Assembly (NCBI GenBank): GCA_964471275.1
Contig: CAYYGZ010000004.1
Location: 1 to 52,363, forward strand
Length of the DNA stretch: 52,363 nt
Origin: an uncultured bacterium
GTDB taxonomy: Bacteria > Latescibacterota > UBA2968
Direction: 5' to 3'
Under the pieces are notes generated by a model. The model was not told the DNA's origin. It did no database searches and saw nothing but the letters and a program-made list of their open reading frames with translations. This document shows, piece after piece, positions 49,036 through 52,363 of the stretch. Positions within the stretch are counted from its first letter, which is position 1. The number at the start of each line of letters is the position of its first letter. Position numbers and translations under genes: made by a program.

Positions 49036-49241
49036 AACGAGTGATGGGTATGACTGAACTGGATGTCCCGTTTGATGATCTGATGTCGGATGTTTCCTTC
49101 TGGTCGAGTGGCTCACCCCTGCACTCCGGTGCACCGGTGTTCCGTCGACTATGTCACAAAGCCACTGGATCTGAACTGTCTGGACACCCAGGTAACGTTT
49201 CAGTTGATGTCATGATTGTCTCGTTCACCCACTGCTGAGTC

Positions 49242-51197
49242 TTGGCACTCCCTTCTACTGATTCGCCTCCTCGGGCGGATACCCCGCCCACCATTACGAT
49301 TCGATCGATCGTGTTTGGTCTGTTGACGGTCATCTGGATTGGCTGCTGGAATACCTACTCAGAGTATATTGCGCACACCTCGCGCATGAACATCAGCCAT
49401 TTCCCAATGGCATTGCTCTGCACGTATACCCTCATTGCCTTTGGAAATCAGATCCTGCGAAGGAAATCGCCCGGTGTCGCTCTGACACGGAACGAGCTGC
49501 TCGTGGTGCTGTCCATGGGGCTTGTTGGCGCCGCAGTACCCGCATACGGACTGACTTCGTTCTTTCTGGGGATGATCTCCGTACCTTACTACCGTGCAAC
49601 GCCCGAGAACCAGTGGGCGGAGCTCGTGCATCCCCACCTTCCGGCGTGGTTGACGCCGTCCAACGAGGGTGGGGCCATGCGCTGGCTGTTCGAGGGATTG
49701 CCTCAGGGATACGAAATCCCGTGGGATGTTTGGGTTGTCCCTCTCTTCTGGTGGTTGGCTCTTATCGCGGCCATCACGGTCGGCTCGATGGCGATCGCTA
49801 CGATCATGCGGAAGCAGTGGTCGGAGAACGAGCGTGTGAATTATCCGATGCTGGGTCCGCCCGTGAGCCTTGCGGACTCGGCAGACGCGTCGCGTGAGGA
49901 CAGCATCTACGGAACCCGTCTGTTCTGGGTCGGCTTTGCGCTGGTATTCACGATCAAAGCCTGGAACATCATATCGTACTTCATTCCCGGTTTCCCGATC
50001 ATCTGGCTTGGCCAGCAATGGCTCTATTTTGCGCGATACTTTCCTCCCCAACACACCGGCATCAATTTCTTCACGATCGGGTTCGCCTACTTCGCGAACA
50101 TCGACCTGCTGCTCTCCATCTTGGTCTTCCATCTCGTTTACATGAACGAGATCGCACTGTCTAGGCGTATCGGATTGGCGATAACGGCCAAGACCGGTCC
50201 CGGTGATCCGGTTGCAGGGCTGCAGTCGGCGGGCGCATTCATCGCACTCGTGTTCTGGACGGTCTGGACCGCGCGGCACCACTTGGTCGAAGTGTATCGA
50301 AAGGCGATCAAGCGAGACGAATCGATTGACGATCCAAATGAGATGATGACCTACAGGACCGCAGTGATCTTCCTGGGGGTATCGCTTCTCTTCATTGCGT
50401 TCTGGATACGATCGATGGGGCTGGAGTGGCGAATGGTGGTTCCCATGACGCTGGGACTGTTTATCGCGTATGTGGGGCTGGCCCGAGTGATCGCCGAAAC
50501 CGGCGTCGTATACATGAGCATGCCGATTAACGAAGCAGGTATCACCGATCTGCTGTTCCATCCGACCGACTATTCGGCGGGTGCCCGCACATCGATCACG
50601 CTCTTCTCTGCGATCCGGACGCAGAGTAAGGGGATGTTCATGGTTCCACTGGTCCACGCCGCAAAGCTGGGCGATCTGATCAAGGGCTCCCCACGCCGCC
50701 TGCTCGGCGCGATCGTGGTCACACTGGTCGTAGGGGTCGGGGCGAACATCCTCTACACGCTTTACCTGAGCTACACCTACGGCGCCTTCAATTTCAGCGA
50801 TCTCCCGTTCACCGCCTACCCGCCTCGTGTCTACAACGGGTTGGTCAACGTGATCAAGGAAGCGCCGGTGATGAAGCCGGAGCGCTACGCGTTGATTGGA
50901 GCTGGGATGATTCTGTTCAGTGTGATGAGCGTGCTGCGATACAGGTTTACGTGGTGGCCGCTCAACCCGATGGGCATGATCGTACCCGTCGGACACGCAA
51001 TGCATTCGACGATGTCGATCTTCCTCGCGTGGGCTGCAAAATCGGTCATCCTCCGTATCGGCGGGATACAGCTCTACAACCGCTGCCGGCCGTTTTTTGT
51101 GGGGATCCTGGCTGGCTATGCGATGGCGGTCTTCCTCTCTTTCTGCGTGGATTCCGTGTGGTTTCCGAAGGCCGGACATCATATGCACAGCTGGTAG
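49242..51197 (+). CDS. polytopic membrane protein, DUF6785/DUF6784-like putative transporter
   Basis: many TM helices; ATPENQW, P.WL.P, RKQW.E.ERV.YP, R.IAE.G, WWPL.P, GG..LY...RPFF.G. Confidence 0.75.
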   Translation: MALPSTDSPPRADTPPTITIRSIVFGLLTVIWIGCWNTYSEYIAHTSRMNISHFPMALLCTYTLIAFGNQILRRKSPGVALTRNELLVVLSMGLVGAAVPAYGLTSFFLGMISVPYYRATPENQWAELVHPHLPAWLTPSNEGGAMRWLFEGLPQGYEIPWDVWVVPLFWWLALIAAITVGSMAIATIMRKQWSENERVNYPMLGPPVSLADSADASREDSIYGTRLFWVGFALVFTIKAWNIISYFIPGFPIIWLGQQWLYFARYFPPQHTGINFFTIGFAYFANIDLLLSILVFHLVYMNEIALSRRIGLAITAKTGPGDPVAGLQSAGAFIALVFWTVWTARHHLVEVYRKAIKRDESIDDPNEMMTYRTAVIFLGVSLLFIAFWIRSMGLEWRMVVPMTLGLFIAYVGLARVIAETGVVYMSMPINEAGITDLLFHPTDYSAGARTSITLFSAIRTQSKGMFMVPLVHAAKLGDLIKGSPRRLLGAIVVTLVVGVGANILYTLYLSYTYGAFNFSDLPFTAYPPRVYNGLVNVIKEAPVMKPERYALIGAGMILFSVMSVLRYRFTWWPLNPMGMIVPVGHAMHSTMSIFLAWAAKSVILRIGGIQLYNRCRPFFVGILAGYAMAVFLSFCVDSVWFPKAGHHMHSW

Positions 51198-51204
51198 GTT
51201 CTTA

Positions 51205-51325
51205 TCCCCTCCCACCTCTAACCCGGAGCAGGGGCAGGGCGCTGAGGCGCGGGGGGAAGGACACTGGCCTTATCCGTCCGCGGTTGTGATTCTCAATCTT
51301 CTTTCTTCACATCTTCTTTTCTCAA
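51205..51325. repeat. imperfect inverted repeat plus pyrimidine-rich heptamer repeats between convergent genes
   Basis: CCCCTCCCACCTC...GAGGCGCGGGGGG; ttctcaa-tcttctt-tcttcac-a-tcttctt-ttctcaa (51290-51325). Confidence 0.45.
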
Positions 51326-52218
51326 TCCCCATAGCTCGTTTGCCAATTCGGATACCAGACGGACGACTCCGCTAGATTCGTGTCCTCGTCCCAGCTGCTT
51401 TGCATCGTCTTGAAGTCCTGGAATCTCGGCGAGACGACGTCGTGCCAGATGCGTTCTACCTCGTCGAACGTGCGGAGTTTCTGGGTTGGCTTCTCTGTCT
51501 GGTAGGCGTCGAGCAACTCCCTTGCTTTGCCGCCGAGCCAGGCGACTTCGTCCTCGACCATCCGTTCACCGATTCGCCTGTCCGAGTCGAAAGCGGTCTT
51601 GCCCATCGCGAAGTGCGGTCCCTCGTCATCACGGCCTGGTAGACGCGTAATGTCCACACATTCGGGATGCGTGGCCCAGAGGAGGGAGGTCTCGACCCTT
51701 CCCGCGTGATCACCGCCACTCTTGCCGTCGTTCAGGAAGCCCGGGGTGTTGGCCTCGAAATCCGGCAGTCCGAAGAGACGTGTTCCGACATAGGGCTGAA
51801 TCAGGTTGATCAGGGCCTTGAGATCCTGCCAGTTCGGGCCGTAGTGCCCGGTGATCAGGATCGCGGCCTCAAACCCGAGCGTGTCGGCCTGCCGAATCTG
51901 GTAGCAGACGTTCTTGAAGTGCTGCCACGGAGGCACGCACGTGAGCCAGGATCGCGCGAGCTGACCGACGGCCCGTTCCGACCAGAGCGCGTATCCACCG
52001 ATCTCGTGGATATGCCAGTAGTCCGGGGGGGCCACGATGCCCCCGTGCGCACGGGCGGCACGGCAGGCGATGGCGTGTGCCTTCAGGCTGTCGAGTCCGA
52101 CGGCATTGTGCGGACCGTGCGGCTCACAGAGACCGTATGTGAACCACACAAGGGGGCAGGCCGCAAAGGCGGCTTCCAGTTGGTCGGGAAACATGCGTTC
52201 CCATCGGACTTCGTTCAT
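51322..52218 (-). CDS. creatininase/creatinine amidohydrolase family protein
   Basis: GLCEPHGPH..VGLD, TGHYG.N, DHAGRVETS; start ATG 52218 with AAGGAG SD. Confidence 0.85.
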   Translation of the reverse strand: MNEVRWERMFPDQLEAAFAACPLVWFTYGLCEPHGPHNAVGLDSLKAHAIACRAARAHGGIVAPPDYWHIHEIGGYALWSERAVGQLARSWLTCVPPWQHFKNVCYQIRQADTLGFEAAILITGHYGPNWQDLKALINLIQPYVGTRLFGLPDFEANTPGFLNDGKSGGDHAGRVETSLLWATHPECVDITRLPGRDDEGPHFAMGKTAFDSDRRIGERMVEDEVAWLGGKARELLDAYQTEKPTQKLRTFDEVERIWHDVVSPRFQDFKTMQSSWDEDTNLAESSVWYPNWQTSYGD

Positions 52219-52363
52219 CGTCGGCTCCTTGAGGTGGCTGATTCCATTATTGCACTCTACCACGGCCAGCAACCTTCCAGGTTTCCTCGACCCACCCATT
52301 TCGCACGGCAAACACCGTGTCGATGTTCTTCTCGAGAATGTCAAGATCGATTGTCAGGGCGGG

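Noticed and set aside
48999..49238. 79-aa ORF between the GNAT and the membrane protein
   Set aside because: No recognisable motif or clear RBS; cannot distinguish from spacer or remnant.
49359..51215. 618-aa antisense ORF
   Set aside because: Shadow of the membrane protein gene; composition mirrors its codons and it has no motifs.

Overview
GC-rich bacterial chromosomal segment, probably from a metagenome-assembled genome (one 10-N gap at 13110-13119). Gene content suggests an uncultured FCB-related lineage such as Latescibacterota; this is inference from futalosine menaquinone genes, efp-accB-accC-gcvH and a DUF6785-type membrane protein. About 50 CDSs. Left third: accessory metabolism (nitroreductase, tartronate-semialdehyde reductase, mqnB/mqnD, a nagA/nagB/ackA/D-aminoacylase cluster, gmd, archaeal-type GlmU-like enzyme). 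Middle and right: two long divergent housekeeping runs, chromate transporter-bioB-mnmG-smpB-amidase-DnaC-like ATPase-rph-rdgB on the minus strand and TPR-efp-accBC-gcvH-HNH-trpS-scpAB-rluB-cmk-plsC-rpsA-mtaB...mutS on the plus strand, followed by an atypical Rel enzyme. I found no rRNA, tRNA, CRISPR, transposase or integrase, and no single clear-cut new multi-gene system. Best leads: (1) an orphan DnaC/IstB-type ATPase translationally coupled inside a core operon; (2) a Rel enzyme with HD->HE, a QFKD motif and no AH/ZFD region; (3) a stand-alone sigma region-4-only protein with a leader terminator; (4) rluB apparently starting at CTG; (5) a dre-like (DasR/NagR) operator upstream of nagA; (6) an Ldh_2 gene with a clean in-frame internal deletion; (7) a Chlamydia-like TrpRS; (8) dispersed degenerate heptamer repeats.
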